This document shows positions 1 to 9,362 of a stretch of 36,514 nucleotides of DNA, in pieces. The position numbers were made by a program, and so were the translations under genes. The DNA comes from a virus (taxonomy: Duplodnaviria; Caudoviricetes): positions 1 through 36,514 of the IMG/VR virus record IMGVR_UViG_3300008448_000285. One strand, given 5' to 3'. A model generated the notes under the pieces. It ran no database searches, was not told the DNA's origin, and saw only the letters and a program-made list of their open reading frames with translations. The first letter of the stretch is position 1. Each line of letters opens with the position of its first letter.

Positions 1-48
1 CACGGTGATCAAAACGGTCTACAGAACTGACTACTACGAACATGGCGG

Positions 49-1251
49 TCATACCGTGATGGCCTGCAACTCGGCATTGCTCAGGCGGCGGGGGTAGTAG
101 GTGATGCGGCGAATCCAGCCGTTGTAAAAGTTTCCACCTAAGTTAGCGTTGCCAATATACAAAGTCGTAACTGTTGGAATCGTTGCAACCGTATCCGTCA
201 ATGCAGCACTAGAATTTGTTGAAAATGCTATGTCGTTAGTTGCGTAGCCAAGTGCTGCTTTTGCGACAGACCCAGAAGAGACGTTTGTAGATGCTGAATC
301 AAGTGTATATTGTTGAACACCACCGACAGTACCTGTAGCATTTACTCTATTGGTCCCCGAAGAATTGAACGTAAAAATAATTGTTCTGTTATTTATAGTT
401 CCGTCAGTAAACCCCGCCTGTTGGGGGAAGGATGATGCCGGAACGGTGTTGTTTGTCAAAGACTCCGCAAACAACGTCCCAGCACTCGCGTTGTACCAAG
501 GGCTCAGCGTATTCACTGAAGCCACATCGGCTGCACGGGTCAGCGCGGTGGTGGTGGTGGGGATGACGGAGGTGGCAAACGCGCCGAGTTCTAGCTGGGG
601 CAGGCCGATGCGGAGGGTGATGTCGATGGCTGCGCCGTTGTTGCAAAACATTGCTAAGGCGGCATACGCCCCAGTTGCACCTGTTGTCAATGTTCCAGAC
701 CCTGCAACCCTAGTAAAAGTTGCAGTTGGGGTAAAGGGAGTGTCAAATGTTGGAGTTGCTCCGCCTGTTTGACGTAAGTTTATATTTACAGAAGTTATGT
801 TTGCAGTAGATCCACCGACCAAAGATACCCAAAATGATTCCGTCCATACTTGCCCTGACGATGCAGCGGCGGCAACGCTATCAAATACCAAAACAATAAA
901 TGTGCTCGTCGTTGTCCCGTTCAATCTTAGATCAATATAATTGATGCCGTTTTGCGTACCTGTGCCAATGACGCTGGTTGTTAACCCCGCAGTTGAAAAA
1001 TAGGCCCACCCGTTTGTAGGCAACGTCCCCGGCGTCCCAGCCACCGCACCCACCATCGTGTTATTCCGAATGGAATTGGTGCGGGACTCCTCAATCAGCA
1101 GCCCCTGAGCCGCCAGCGTGCTGGGGTTGTAGTCCAGGCGTGGGGAGTCAATGGCTGCGCTCTGCAGGGTGCCCGTGCTGTCGAAGTACGTGGCCGTGCT
1201 CGCACGGGTGAAGGTGATGATGTCGCCAAACGGCTTGCAAACCAGTGCCAT
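49..1251 (-). CDS. Head spike/fibre-like virion protein with lectin-like (ConA/LamG-type) C-terminal domain
   Basis: N-terminal FTRASTATYFD...PRLDY...GLLIEESRTN, central QLELGAFATSVIPTT...TRAAD and C-terminal NGWIRRITYYPRRLSNAELQ motifs, typical of phage fibre/spike proteins; Thr/Ser/Gly-rich. Confidence 0.7.
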   Translation of the reverse strand: MALVCKPFGDIITFTRASTATYFDSTGTLQSAAIDSPRLDYNPSTLAAQGLLIEESRTNSIRNNTMVGAVAGTPGTLPTNGWAYFSTAGLTTSVIGTGTQNGINYIDLRLNGTTTSTFIVLVFDSVAAAASSGQVWTESFWVSLVGGSTANITSVNINLRQTGGATPTFDTPFTPTATFTRVAGSGTLTTGATGAYAALAMFCNNGAAIDITLRIGLPQLELGAFATSVIPTTTTALTRAADVASVNTLSPWYNASAGTLFAESLTNNTVPASSFPQQAGFTDGTINNRTIIFTFNSSGTNRVNATGTVGGVQQYTLDSASTNVSSGSVAKAALGYATNDIAFSTNSSAALTDTVATIPTVTTLYIGNANLGGNFYNGWIRRITYYPRRLSNAELQAITV

Positions 1252-1254
1252 GTC

Positions 1255-1722
1255 TTACTCCCAAACGGTGTACGAGCAGGCCGAGCAGTAAGTCCCGGCC
1301 ACAAAGTTCAGATCAAGCGAGATGTCTGTCAGCGGATCGTCAGACGCCACACCAAACACCAAGTCCAGCGTTGGGCCTGATGTGATTGGCGCCACGGTGG
1401 CCGCTACCGCGCCCGCAGAGTCATACGGGATGCCGCTTGAAACAACAGACACGGGCTTGTTGCTGATGCACACCCTGTCGCTGCTAATGGGCAGACCGTT
1501 GAGCCACACCACGTTGGCAGGAAGGCCCGAGGACGCGTCTACCAACGACACTTGGCCGGTGCTTGACATCGGGATGCCTTGATTAAAAGACGTCCCGGTG
1601 CTGGTCGTTGAACGCGCAGCGCCTTCTTGCGTGAATCGAATTCCCGCCGAATATCGGTCGCTGTCTACGTTGGCTGACGCGTCAAAACGCGCTCGCCCAT
1701 CGACTATTGGAAACAGGCTCAT
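1255..1722 (-). CDS. Hypothetical virion-associated protein
   Basis: 155 aa ORF tightly packed in the late operon; repeated GIP/GLP motifs. Confidence 0.55.
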   Translation of the reverse strand: MSLFPIVDGRARFDASANVDSDRYSAGIRFTQEGAARSTTSTGTSFNQGIPMSSTGQVSLVDASSGLPANVVWLNGLPISSDRVCISNKPVSVVSSGIPYDSAGAVAATVAPITSGPTLDLVFGVASDDPLTDISLDLNFVAGTYCSACSYTVWE

Positions 1723-1730
1723 TCAGTGCC

Positions 1731-2603
1731 TCACATCAACAAGAGGATTTCCTCATCGCGTCGGCGTTTTCGCAACCGATGCTCATTTTCCACCCGAATG
1801 CGCTCGATGACAATCCGAGCCTGAGCACGGGCTTGCGCCTGGCGCGTGCGCTGCGCCTCGACGCCCATACGCTCCAGATGCCGCACCACCATCCGCGCCA
1901 CGTTGCGCGGGTCAAATGACGGCGGAATCGGGAACGAAACGCTGTCGCCGCCCTCGGGGATGACGGTGATCTTATCCTTGACCGTGACAACCTTGGCCGC
2001 TGGAGCCTGAATCGGGCTGACGGTGCGCTCGATGATCTTGCGCAGCTCTTCGCGGTCTTCGCGCTCTTTCTTGCGCTGGCGAAAGCCCATCATGCCTTCG
2101 CCGACTTGCAGCACGAACTGCGGCACTACCGGGTCGGCTTCGCCAACAATTACCGCGCCACTGCCTTCCAACGCGCCCGACGTATCGTGAACAGGCGCCG
2201 CGAACGGCTGCGCATCCGCGCTGCCAACAATAATTGCGTTGCTTCCAGACAACACACCATCTGTGGTGTGCTTGCGCGAGTAAAGCGCCGCGCCAGTAAC
2301 CGCAGAGCCTTGCCCGGTCAGTGCGCCAGACGTTGCAAACGCACGGAAGTTGGTAGACGCGCCTGCGAGGGATGCGCCAGGCCCAGCCAGTACGCCGCTG
2401 GTGGCGTGTGGCGTGAAGTTGGAAGAGGCGCCCGCAACGCTGCCAAGTTGCCCCGCCAGCGTGCCGCTGGTGGCGTGGCTGACAGATGCGCCAACGCGGG
2501 CGGCTGAACCTGCAACGCTTGAGTCTGGACCTGTTAACGCGCCGCTGGTGTCGTGCGTTACCGGCCCTGCCGTGCCCTGACCAAGTAGCAGCGGCAGCAG
2601 CAC
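1731..2603 (-). CDS. Repeat-containing structural protein (beta-solenoid-like N-terminus, charged C-terminus)
   Basis: Six H/F-x-T-S/D-G-x-L-x-G repeats at roughly 22-27 aa spacing; C-terminal DEEILLLM tail; operon packing. Confidence 0.6.
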   Translation of the reverse strand: MLLPLLLGQGTAGPVTHDTSGALTGPDSSVAGSAARVGASVSHATSGTLAGQLGSVAGASSNFTPHATSGVLAGPGASLAGASTNFRAFATSGALTGQGSAVTGAALYSRKHTTDGVLSGSNAIIVGSADAQPFAAPVHDTSGALEGSGAVIVGEADPVVPQFVLQVGEGMMGFRQRKKEREDREELRKIIERTVSPIQAPAAKVVTVKDKITVIPEGGDSVSFPIPPSFDPRNVARMVVRHLERMGVEAQRTRQAQARAQARIVIERIRVENEHRLRKRRRDEEILLLM

Positions 2604-2606
2604 GGC

Positions 2607-3260
2607 TTAGAACACCTCAAACGTGATTTCAAACGACAGGCTACCAACAGACGCCACGGTGCCCTGCACAAAACGCAGACCCGTGTTTTCGCGCACGATC
2701 AGGTCAGCACCCTCGTTGCGCACAAACTCCGCGCCCAATACGCCAGCGATGCCAGACGATGCGTTGGTTTCTTCAGTAAACACAAAACGCTGCCCAACTA
2801 ATGCGCCAGCAGTGGCACCGCCCGTTGGAGATGACCGCGCCGTGATGTTGGCCGACAGTGCGGCAGCAGCGGTGTCCATCTTGCTGATGGTGATGGCCGT
2901 CAATGAGGTGCCGTCCGCCGTTGCAGCCGTGCCGCCTGTACCTACTGCCGTGGTGCGAGTCAGATTGACCTCAACGCCCAGCGTGCCGGTGACCGCCGTA
3001 TCGTTGTCCACAAAACAGAACGCTGACAGCACGCGGATGGATACCCCGCTGCCGGTGGCGTTGAACAAGTCCAAGAAGACTTTGGAAGCACCCACCGCTT
3101 GGCTGGGGCATGTCAGGCGGTACTGGGGCAGGCTGCCGGTGAGATGGCCGTCGGGGTAGGCCAACATAACGATTTGGTACTCTTTGGCCGACACCAACTG
3201 TGTGGCAACCGTCGCCCCCGAGCCAGGGGTGACGTTGATTGAGTCGTTTGGCAGCGCCAT
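2607..3260 (-). CDS. Hypothetical structural protein (beta-rich)
   Basis: 217 aa Ala/Gly/Thr-rich ORF with 2-3 nt gaps to neighbours. Confidence 0.6.
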   Translation of the reverse strand: MALPNDSINVTPGSGATVATQLVSAKEYQIVMLAYPDGHLTGSLPQYRLTCPSQAVGASKVFLDLFNATGSGVSIRVLSAFCFVDNDTAVTGTLGVEVNLTRTTAVGTGGTAATADGTSLTAITISKMDTAAAALSANITARSSPTGGATAGALVGQRFVFTEETNASSGIAGVLGAEFVRNEGADLIVRENTGLRFVQGTVASVGSLSFEITFEVF

Positions 3261-3262
3261 GA

Positions 3263-3652
3263 TTACGCGCTCAGTGCCGTGTAGGTCAGCGAGCTGCAGC
3301 TCACGGTGTCCCCCGCTGCCACCGTCAGGCCGTTGGTCATGTTGATGTCTGAGCCCGATGCCGCCACCGCGCAGTGAATCACCACCGTGCCGCCTGACGT
3401 CTGCAGGGTTGCCGTCGCCACAGGGCTCGCGTTACCCGCAGCGTTGGTGTCGCTGGTAATCGCGTTGGCCGTGGCAGTGCCGTTGCTCGATGCAGCAAAA
3501 CCAGTGGCGCTCAGCAACAACGTAGCCACCGCCGTGCCAGGCGAGCCCACCGTGCCAGACAGGCGGAACACCAAACGCCCGCTGGCGCCAATCAACGCCG
3601 TTACAGCGTCAGTTGCAGCGTTGCGTGCTGCCGTCGAGTGCGTCACCGCCAT
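3263..3652 (-). CDS. Small virion protein, head-fibre base/decoration-like
   Basis: 129 aa; AARNAATDAVT...ATGFAASSNGTATANAI...VAAGDTVSCSSLTYT pattern common in phage fibre-base proteins; AGGAG RBS upstream. Confidence 0.6.
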   Translation of the reverse strand: MAVTHSTAARNAATDAVTALIGASGRLVFRLSGTVGSPGTAVATLLLSATGFAASSNGTATANAITSDTNAAGNASPVATATLQTSGGTVVIHCAVAASGSDINMTNGLTVAAGDTVSCSSLTYTALSA

Positions 3653-3782
3653 CGGTCAACTCCTTCAGTTGTGCTTCAGTAATCTTGCCGACGAGCGTGA
3701 ACTCTTCGACTTTCCCTGTCTCAGCGCGTGTGATCTGAACCTTGAAGCTCAACTCACCCACTTCACCCGACAACTCCGGCAT
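3609..3782 (-). CDS. Small hypothetical protein (57 aa; absent from ORF track)
   Basis: Hand translation MPELSGEVGELSFKVQITRAETGKVEEFTLVGKITEAQLKELTDGGDALDGSTQRCN; fills the gap between portal and the next gene. Confidence 0.55.
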   Translation of the reverse strand: MPELSGEVGELSFKVQITRAETGKVEEFTLVGKITEAQLKELTDGGDALDGSTQRCN

Positions 3783-5973
3783 TCATCGCCCCTTGAGGTT
3801 GCGGCAGCATCGCCATCCCGTCCGGTGTGTCATCCTCGACTTCCCGAACTTCAACGATGTCGCCGTTTTCATCCCTGATTGGGACTCGCTTGGTCTTGCG
3901 ACTGAGCTTGTCCATCAACGTCTGCATCTGCATCGCAGACATCTCGTTACTCTGCGCAGAACCCTGCGCCAACTGAGCCACAGCACCCGCCAACTGCTCC
4001 AACTGCGGCGCCATCTGCCCAGTTGTGTTCATGGCCTGCATGATCTGCTGATACTGCTGAGTCACGCCATCAAGCGCGGCCTTCATCTCGATCTTCTGCA
4101 GCTCTACGCTGGCCTTCAGGCTCGCAATCTGCTGATCCGACTGCGCTTCCATCATCGCAATCTTCTCAGCACTCTGAATCTTGGCCTGCTCAATCTGCGC
4201 CTTGATCACGGTGTCAGGATCAGGCTGAGGAGGTGCAGGCGGCGTCTGCAGCTTCTGTTGCATGCCTGCAACAGCTTGATCCAAGATCGACTCAATTTGC
4301 GTGCTAACGCGGAACTTGGATACCGCCCACTGCATCATGCGCATCAGGTACGGGCCAGCCTCGGGAACTTGCTGAGCCATCGGCGCGACTTGAGAAATGA
4401 ACGCACCCAGGCCATTCATAAACTGCACAGCCGCGTCACGCTCAGCCGCCCAGTCCATCGCAGCCATTGAGTCAGCTTCGACCTTGATGCGGTACTGAGA
4501 AACGTGCTCATCCTTCAGCAACGCAATCGCAGCCTGCGCAAACGGCGCATCCGGCGTGCGCAGGACGTTTGAGCGCTCAATGATCGTCTCAGGCTGGAAG
4601 TGCTTGCAGATGATCTCGGCCTTGATCCGCAAAGCCTCGCTGATCCACTCAGCAATGTAGAACTGCATCAACTGAATGCGCGTAGAACCAAACTGCGCCT
4701 TCAACTGCTGAGCGCTCGCCGTCTCGTTGGCGTTGGTGCTGCCGCGCATGATGTCCGAGATGCCCAGCACCTCGTAAATCTGCTGCGTCTTGTCGCCGCG
4801 ATACACGCGCAACTGATTGATGGCGTTGACCACCTGATCAATCGGCACCCAATCAACCTTGCCCTTAATGCCGCCAGACTCAGCAAACATCGCCCAGTTA
4901 TCCACAGGAATCAACTGGTTCTCAGCGGCCTGCTGGAACATGCGCTGAATGCCATCAGCGCTCTTGTCATACACGCCCACCACCTTGGCAGCACGCGTGA
5001 GCCAGGTAATGCGCGTGTTGATCTCATCCAGCTCGTTAAACTGATCCTGAGCAAAGATGTAGTCTGCACGCGGGACAAAGTTGCTGGTCGTGGTGTTCGC
5101 GGCAATAGGCTTGGGACACGGGAAAAAGTTTTCCAAGTCCAGCGGGTCATCCTTGACGTCCAAGATGACCTCAGTACCCGGCGAGTACCAATAGACCTTC
5201 TCGTGCTCCTTGCACCAGATTTCGTACACCTCAGCCTTGGCCCACGGATCGTGCTGCGGCTGCTGCTTGTCGTCAGTCTTGGACGCAGGCTTTTGCAGAG
5301 GCACCACCTTGGCGATCTCCTCGCCAAACCGCGCCTCTAGCTGGTCCTTTGTCATGTAAACGCGCCGCGCAACCCAGCGCACCTCGTTCCATGTGCGAGC
5401 AGGACTGTAGAAAAAGTCCTTCCAATGCACATAGTCAACGCACGCATCCTCTTCCTTGATGCGCTCAACCATCTGCATGGGGGCAATCTCGTTGCCCATC
5501 TCATCAAAGACCGCAGGAACCTCCTCCTCTTCGATCTCGACCTCGTAACGCATCCAAATCTGGCCAAGACCAATCACCAGCCAGTCTTCAATGCCGTTAC
5601 GAACAGCGGTATCCCAAGCGCTGATGTCCTCATCAAAGCCCTTGTTCAACATGCGCTGCAGCATGGTCCCAGCCACACGCGCTTGGTCATCCTCAAAGTC
5701 TTGGAAGGACCGGCTGACATCCGCCTTTGGGGGCCGCGCATACAGCATGGACAAGAGCACCTTCATCGTGCTCCAGAACAGGTTGACGCGACTCTCATCG
5801 CGCCCCCAGTCCTCACGCTTGTCCAAATACCGCTTCAGAATCCGCTCGGCATCGTCATGGAACTTCTTAAGCTCCTTGCCAGCAGCCTCAATCTCCGTGC
5901 CCCAACGCTGCGCCAAACCCTGCGGCGTGCTGCCAAACTGGTCATCACGCTCAATCTTGTTGACGTCTTCCAT
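3763..5973 (-). CDS. Portal protein (podovirus type, long Gln-rich C-terminal helix)
   Basis: 736 aa directly after terL; VHWKDFFYSPARTWNEVRWVARR, GISDIMRG, ETASAQQLK and coiled-coil tail. Confidence 0.85.
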   Translation of the reverse strand: MEDVNKIERDDQFGSTPQGLAQRWGTEIEAAGKELKKFHDDAERILKRYLDKREDWGRDESRVNLFWSTMKVLLSMLYARPPKADVSRSFQDFEDDQARVAGTMLQRMLNKGFDEDISAWDTAVRNGIEDWLVIGLGQIWMRYEVEIEEEEVPAVFDEMGNEIAPMQMVERIKEEDACVDYVHWKDFFYSPARTWNEVRWVARRVYMTKDQLEARFGEEIAKVVPLQKPASKTDDKQQPQHDPWAKAEVYEIWCKEHEKVYWYSPGTEVILDVKDDPLDLENFFPCPKPIAANTTTSNFVPRADYIFAQDQFNELDEINTRITWLTRAAKVVGVYDKSADGIQRMFQQAAENQLIPVDNWAMFAESGGIKGKVDWVPIDQVVNAINQLRVYRGDKTQQIYEVLGISDIMRGSTNANETASAQQLKAQFGSTRIQLMQFYIAEWISEALRIKAEIICKHFQPETIIERSNVLRTPDAPFAQAAIALLKDEHVSQYRIKVEADSMAAMDWAAERDAAVQFMNGLGAFISQVAPMAQQVPEAGPYLMRMMQWAVSKFRVSTQIESILDQAVAGMQQKLQTPPAPPQPDPDTVIKAQIEQAKIQSAEKIAMMEAQSDQQIASLKASVELQKIEMKAALDGVTQQYQQIMQAMNTTGQMAPQLEQLAGAVAQLAQGSAQSNEMSAMQMQTLMDKLSRKTKRVPIRDENGDIVEVREVEDDTPDGMAMLPQPQGAMNAGVVG

Positions 5974-7310
5974 TACCCAATCCTTTGACTAGGACGCACG
6001 GCAGTGTCCCAAAGCTGGTCCATCGTGAACGCGTAATGCGCTCCCTCTGGCGCGTTTGGAGCCATTTTAGCCACATGTTGTCGTTTTGCCACCAGTGGGC
6101 GCACGCTCAAGGCTAAATACCTGAACGCGTCACTCGCGTGGCTGTGTTGGTCGTGCTTGGGCTTGTTGCGGAACGTCTGCGTCTTCTCATCCCACTCGCG
6201 CATGTACGCCCGTAGGTGTTCAACGCCCTCGTAGGTCGCGTCTTCATCGAAGTAGCACTTGGGCAAGATGAGCCTGGCTGCTTCGATGCCGTCTTGCAGG
6301 CTCAATTCGGTCGTGATGTTGGGCCTGATTCCATTTGTCAGGAACTGCTCGATGATCGACTTGCCCGTTTGCAGGCTCTTGGCCTTGGCATCGTGTGGCA
6401 GGAAGACAGTGCCGACTCTGTACGGGCGCGTTTTGATCCAGTCGATGTAGTGCTGAATCGGCTGGCCGTCGGCTTCGTAGAAATCCACGATTCGGTAGCC
6501 ATCCGGCGTCTCTTGCCATCCCCACCAACTGCAGGAGTCCGTATATCCCAAGTCTGCGGCAAGATTGACCGGGAAACTTTGGTCTATTGGGTATTTCGCA
6601 ACTCTTTGTTCGTCATACGCCTGGCCAATCAGCTTGGCGTAGTACGCGCCAGGTATCGCGGCGTCAAAACTGATCTCATATTCCGTCGCATACGCCTCTG
6701 GCGTCATCTGCGCCTGCGCGTCTCGCAGTTCTTCGGCGTCGAGAATCCCTGTTTTACTGGCTGGCAGCTCAAGCAGCAGGTGCGTGTCTGGATTTAGACG
6801 CGCTTCTTCGCGTATCTGCCAAAAGAAGTTCTTGCCTGCGGGCGTTCCGGCGAATATTGCCCAGCCTTTTCTGTCGCTTAGTGCTGGGCGCAGTACGCTG
6901 TACCACGCGCTTGGGCGTATTTGCCCTGTTTCGTCGAGCACTACGCCGTCAAAATACATACCACGCAGCGCGTCGGGATTATCAGCGCCCGCTACATATA
7001 TACGGCTGATGTCTTTGTGGCCGTTTTGTATGTCGATTCTGAGTTCTGACTCGTTTGGCGGGCTGGCTTGGAAGTCCTTTGTCAGCTCCTTCAGATACTG
7101 CCAGGCAACTCGCTTGGCCTGCTCGCGGAAGGGCGCCAGGTATGCGAACTGTGGTCGCGGAAGGTTTGTTTCTAGCGCGCCGATCACCAAGTCAGCGCAC
7201 ATCGCCACCGTCTTTCCAGCGCGTCGGTGCGCCACCACCGTAGTCCAGCGCTTCTGCCTGTTGTGCAGCGGCAGGAAGACGTCGCGGGGCTGGTACTCCT
7301 GCAGTTTCAT
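5973..7310 (-). CDS. terL: Terminase large subunit
   Basis: Walker A VAHRRAGKT, Walker B GVVLDE, coupling motif GTP, nuclease DLG...D and HASDAFRY; ATG at 7310 overlaps the upstream stop (ATGA). Confidence 0.95.
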   Translation of the reverse strand: MKLQEYQPRDVFLPLHNRQKRWTTVVAHRRAGKTVAMCADLVIGALETNLPRPQFAYLAPFREQAKRVAWQYLKELTKDFQASPPNESELRIDIQNGHKDISRIYVAGADNPDALRGMYFDGVVLDETGQIRPSAWYSVLRPALSDRKGWAIFAGTPAGKNFFWQIREEARLNPDTHLLLELPASKTGILDAEELRDAQAQMTPEAYATEYEISFDAAIPGAYYAKLIGQAYDEQRVAKYPIDQSFPVNLAADLGYTDSCSWWGWQETPDGYRIVDFYEADGQPIQHYIDWIKTRPYRVGTVFLPHDAKAKSLQTGKSIIEQFLTNGIRPNITTELSLQDGIEAARLILPKCYFDEDATYEGVEHLRAYMREWDEKTQTFRNKPKHDQHSHASDAFRYLALSVRPLVAKRQHVAKMAPNAPEGAHYAFTMDQLWDTAVRPSQRIG

Positions 7311-7513
7311 TTGCTCAGCCGCGCTATTTCGCGGTCCAAATACCAACGCGCTTTGCGTAAGTCTTCAATCGGGTCATCCGTCTTAAGGCCAGCGCGGAGC
7401 GTGTACTTGATGACGTTGCCCAAGCAGAAGTTCATGTGCTCCGTTATCTGGATCACTTCGATGCCCGAGGGGTGCTCGGTGTAGTGCGCGGGGTGGTTTA
7501 CGGGATCGTGCAT
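7307..7513 (-). CDS. DUF3310 / SaV-like protein
   Basis: DPVNHPAHY...FCLGNVIKY..RAG.K....EDLRKARWYLDREI signature. Confidence 0.9.
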   Translation of the reverse strand: MHDPVNHPAHYTEHPSGIEVIQITEHMNFCLGNVIKYTLRAGLKTDDPIEDLRKARWYLDREIARLSK

Positions 7514-7631
7514 TTTTCGCAAAAGGTGTTTTTTGGAATGCTAGATGAGCGAGGAGGGACCCGGTTCTTGCCACCCCCCCCTCCGCGTTTCGAGGGGGGA
7601 TGGGGGTCGCACCCCGCCGCCGCGCCGGCCC

Positions 7632-8168
7632 CTAGCGGCCCGCAGGAGCGTCCGAATCAGGCAGCGAAGGGCTAGGTAGCTTGGCGTCCTCTGCGTGGCT
7701 CACAGAGGCTTCTACTCCCTGCGCTTGATCCGTCGCATTGTTAGTCCAGTGACTAGGCGGGGAATGCTCAATGGCATCAACCACTTGCGCGTCCACGATC
7801 TCGGCTTGTGCCGTTTTTGTGCCGATGTTGCGGCCCGCCAGCCAGTTTAGGCTGATGCTGATCCCGCCTTGCACCGACTGGTTGACCTGAATCGGAATGA
7901 CCTTTGCCACCATCGTGGCGAAGATGGCCCGGTCCTGCACGCCGCCATTGGCCCGGTCCACCAGCCAGCCAGCCAGCCCCTGCGGGTGGCAGTCCCTGGC
8001 CGCGATCTCCACGGCCTCTTTGAGCGAGCGCGTGAACGCGGTAGGAGCGCCAGTCTTGCGCCCGGCAGGGTTCCCGGACTGCCCCGGCTTGAACAGGTGC
8101 GCGGGCTTCTGCTTGGGCTTTGCGCTTGGCAGAGTTGCGGCTTTCGCCTCATGTTGCGTTGTCTGCAT
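7632..8168 (-). CDS. terS: Terminase small subunit (probable)
   Basis: FKPGQSGNPAGR motif and position upstream of terL. Confidence 0.75.
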   Translation of the reverse strand: MQTTQHEAKAATLPSAKPKQKPAHLFKPGQSGNPAGRKTGAPTAFTRSLKEAVEIAARDCHPQGLAGWLVDRANGGVQDRAIFATMVAKVIPIQVNQSVQGGISISLNWLAGRNIGTKTAQAEIVDAQVVDAIEHSPPSHWTNNATDQAQGVEASVSHAEDAKLPSPSLPDSDAPAGR

Positions 8169-8212
8169 GAAACAAGACTAGCATAAGGTCAAAAGATTAG
8201 GGTTTGTCCTAG

Positions 8213-8241
8213 TTGCATCATCGTGCGGAAACCTCAACAAT
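8213..8241 (+). promoter_or_regulatory. Sigma70-like early promoter with operator in the spacer
   Basis: TTGCAT-17 bp-AACAAT; TGCG-N5-CTCA palindrome at 8224-8236. Confidence 0.55.
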
Positions 8242-8278
8242 ACATCCCATCGACAACGCAACCCCAACGGAGCCAACC

Positions 8279-8464
8279 ATGACCAAGATCACTACTCACA
8301 AATCAGGCGCTTGGACTACTTTCGAGAAGCTCACGCCCTCAGGGCTTTACCTTGTGAAGCTGTACAGCGCCGCTGGCAACCTTATCGACAAGGTGCGCTG
8401 CGACAGTTACCGCGAAGCGCAAGCCTATTTGCGCTGCTTCAACCTTACTGCCCGCAACGCCTAA
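8279..8464 (+). CDS. Small early hypothetical protein (61 aa)
   Basis: GGAG RBS then ATG at 8279. Confidence 0.65.
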   Translation: MTKITTHKSGAWTTFEKLTPSGLYLVKLYSAAGNLIDKVRCDSYREAQAYLRCFNLTARNA

Positions 8465-8495
8465 ACCCAACCCCAACCACGCAACGGAGCCAACC

Positions 8496-8756
8496 ATGCA
8501 AACCACGCCAACCAAATCCATCCTTAACAACAGCCCCTACATCACGGCCACCTATCGCGGCACCGAGTACACGCTCAGCCGCTTGTGCGATGCGTGGTTT
8601 GTGTCAACGCGCCGCATTGCCCTTGGGCGCTGGAACATGGGCGGCGGCAAGTACTACGCCACGCTGGCCGCTGTCGCTGCAGGCTGCAAGGCTTTCGGCA
8701 CCGAGTCCGACTTGCACGCGTTGGTTTACGGCGTGCCCAGCACTGTGGATGCCTGA
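8496..8756 (+). CDS. Small early hypothetical protein
   Basis: Same 17-nt leader CAACGGAGCCAACCATG as the previous gene. Confidence 0.7.
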   Translation: MQTTPTKSILNNSPYITATYRGTEYTLSRLCDAWFVSTRRIALGRWNMGGGKYYATLAAVAAGCKAFGTESDLHALVYGVPSTVDA

Positions 8757-8757
8757 C

Positions 8758-8844
8758 ATGCGCCAGCGCACCACTTGGCGCGATGTCGCCTTCTCCCTCG
8801 CCTACGGCCTAGTTCTGGCCCTACTGCTGGCCGCGTTCATCTGA
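8758..8844 (+). CDS. 28-aa single-TM peptide
   Basis: MRQRTTWRDVAFSLAYGLVLALLLAAFI fills the gap between neighbours. Confidence 0.5.
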   Translation: MRQRTTWRDVAFSLAYGLVLALLLAAFI

Positions 8845-8865
8845 CAACCTCAACGAAAGCAAACG

Positions 8866-9159
8866 ATGCAAACCACACACCCCCCAGGACTTTGGCGCGT
8901 TGTCGGCGGCACTGAAGTGCGCGGCGCAGACGGCACGATCATTTGCAACACGGCGGATTACCGCGTACCTAAGCCCGATATGGTTGCTTTCGCGCAGCCC
9001 GATGCGGCGCTCATCGCCGCAGCGCCCGAACTGCTGGCCGCGCTTCAGGCCATCGTAGCCGAGGCGGGCCCTCGCATGGGCCTGGACACCGCCCCCGGCA
9101 CGATCAACACCATCAGCCGCTTGGCCCGCGCAGCCATCGCCCGCGCTACCGGCACCTGA
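8866..9159 (+). CDS. Conserved phage early protein (DAALIAAAPELLAAL family)
   Basis: H-P-P-G-L-W start and LIAAAPELLAAL...ARAAIARATG motif. Confidence 0.75.
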   Translation: MQTTHPPGLWRVVGGTEVRGADGTIICNTADYRVPKPDMVAFAQPDAALIAAAPELLAALQAIVAEAGPRMGLDTAPGTINTISRLARAAIARATGT

Positions 9160-9182
9160 CGCTCCCGCCATCCCCTAACCCC

Positions 9183-9205
9183 AGCCCGCCCCGTGCGGGC
9201 TTTTT
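9183..9205 (+). terminator. Rho-independent terminator
   Basis: AGCCCGC-CCCGT-GCGGGCT followed by a T run. Confidence 0.8.
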
Positions 9206-9218
9206 CATGCCCGACCTG

Positions 9219-9355
9219 CCGGACGTCGAACCCGGACAGGACACCCGGACAGGACGGACATACCTAGGGGTATGTCCTTGTCCGTCCGGCTCGGACGTGT
9301 CAACGGGACATTCTGTCCGGGCAATGTCCGGCCTTTTGTCCGGCTTTATGTCCCG
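9219..9355. repeat. Iteron-like GGACA/TGTCC array around a palindrome; putative replication origin
   Basis: Multiple (CC)GGACA copies left and TGTCC(G) copies right of GGACATACC-TAGG-GGTATGTCC (9256-9277); abuts the 3' end of the primase-helicase gene. Confidence 0.65.
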
Positions 9356-9362
9356 CTCCCAT

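Noticed and set aside
49-1251. Diversity-generating retroelement target
   Set aside because: No reverse transcriptase and no template/variable repeat pair seen.
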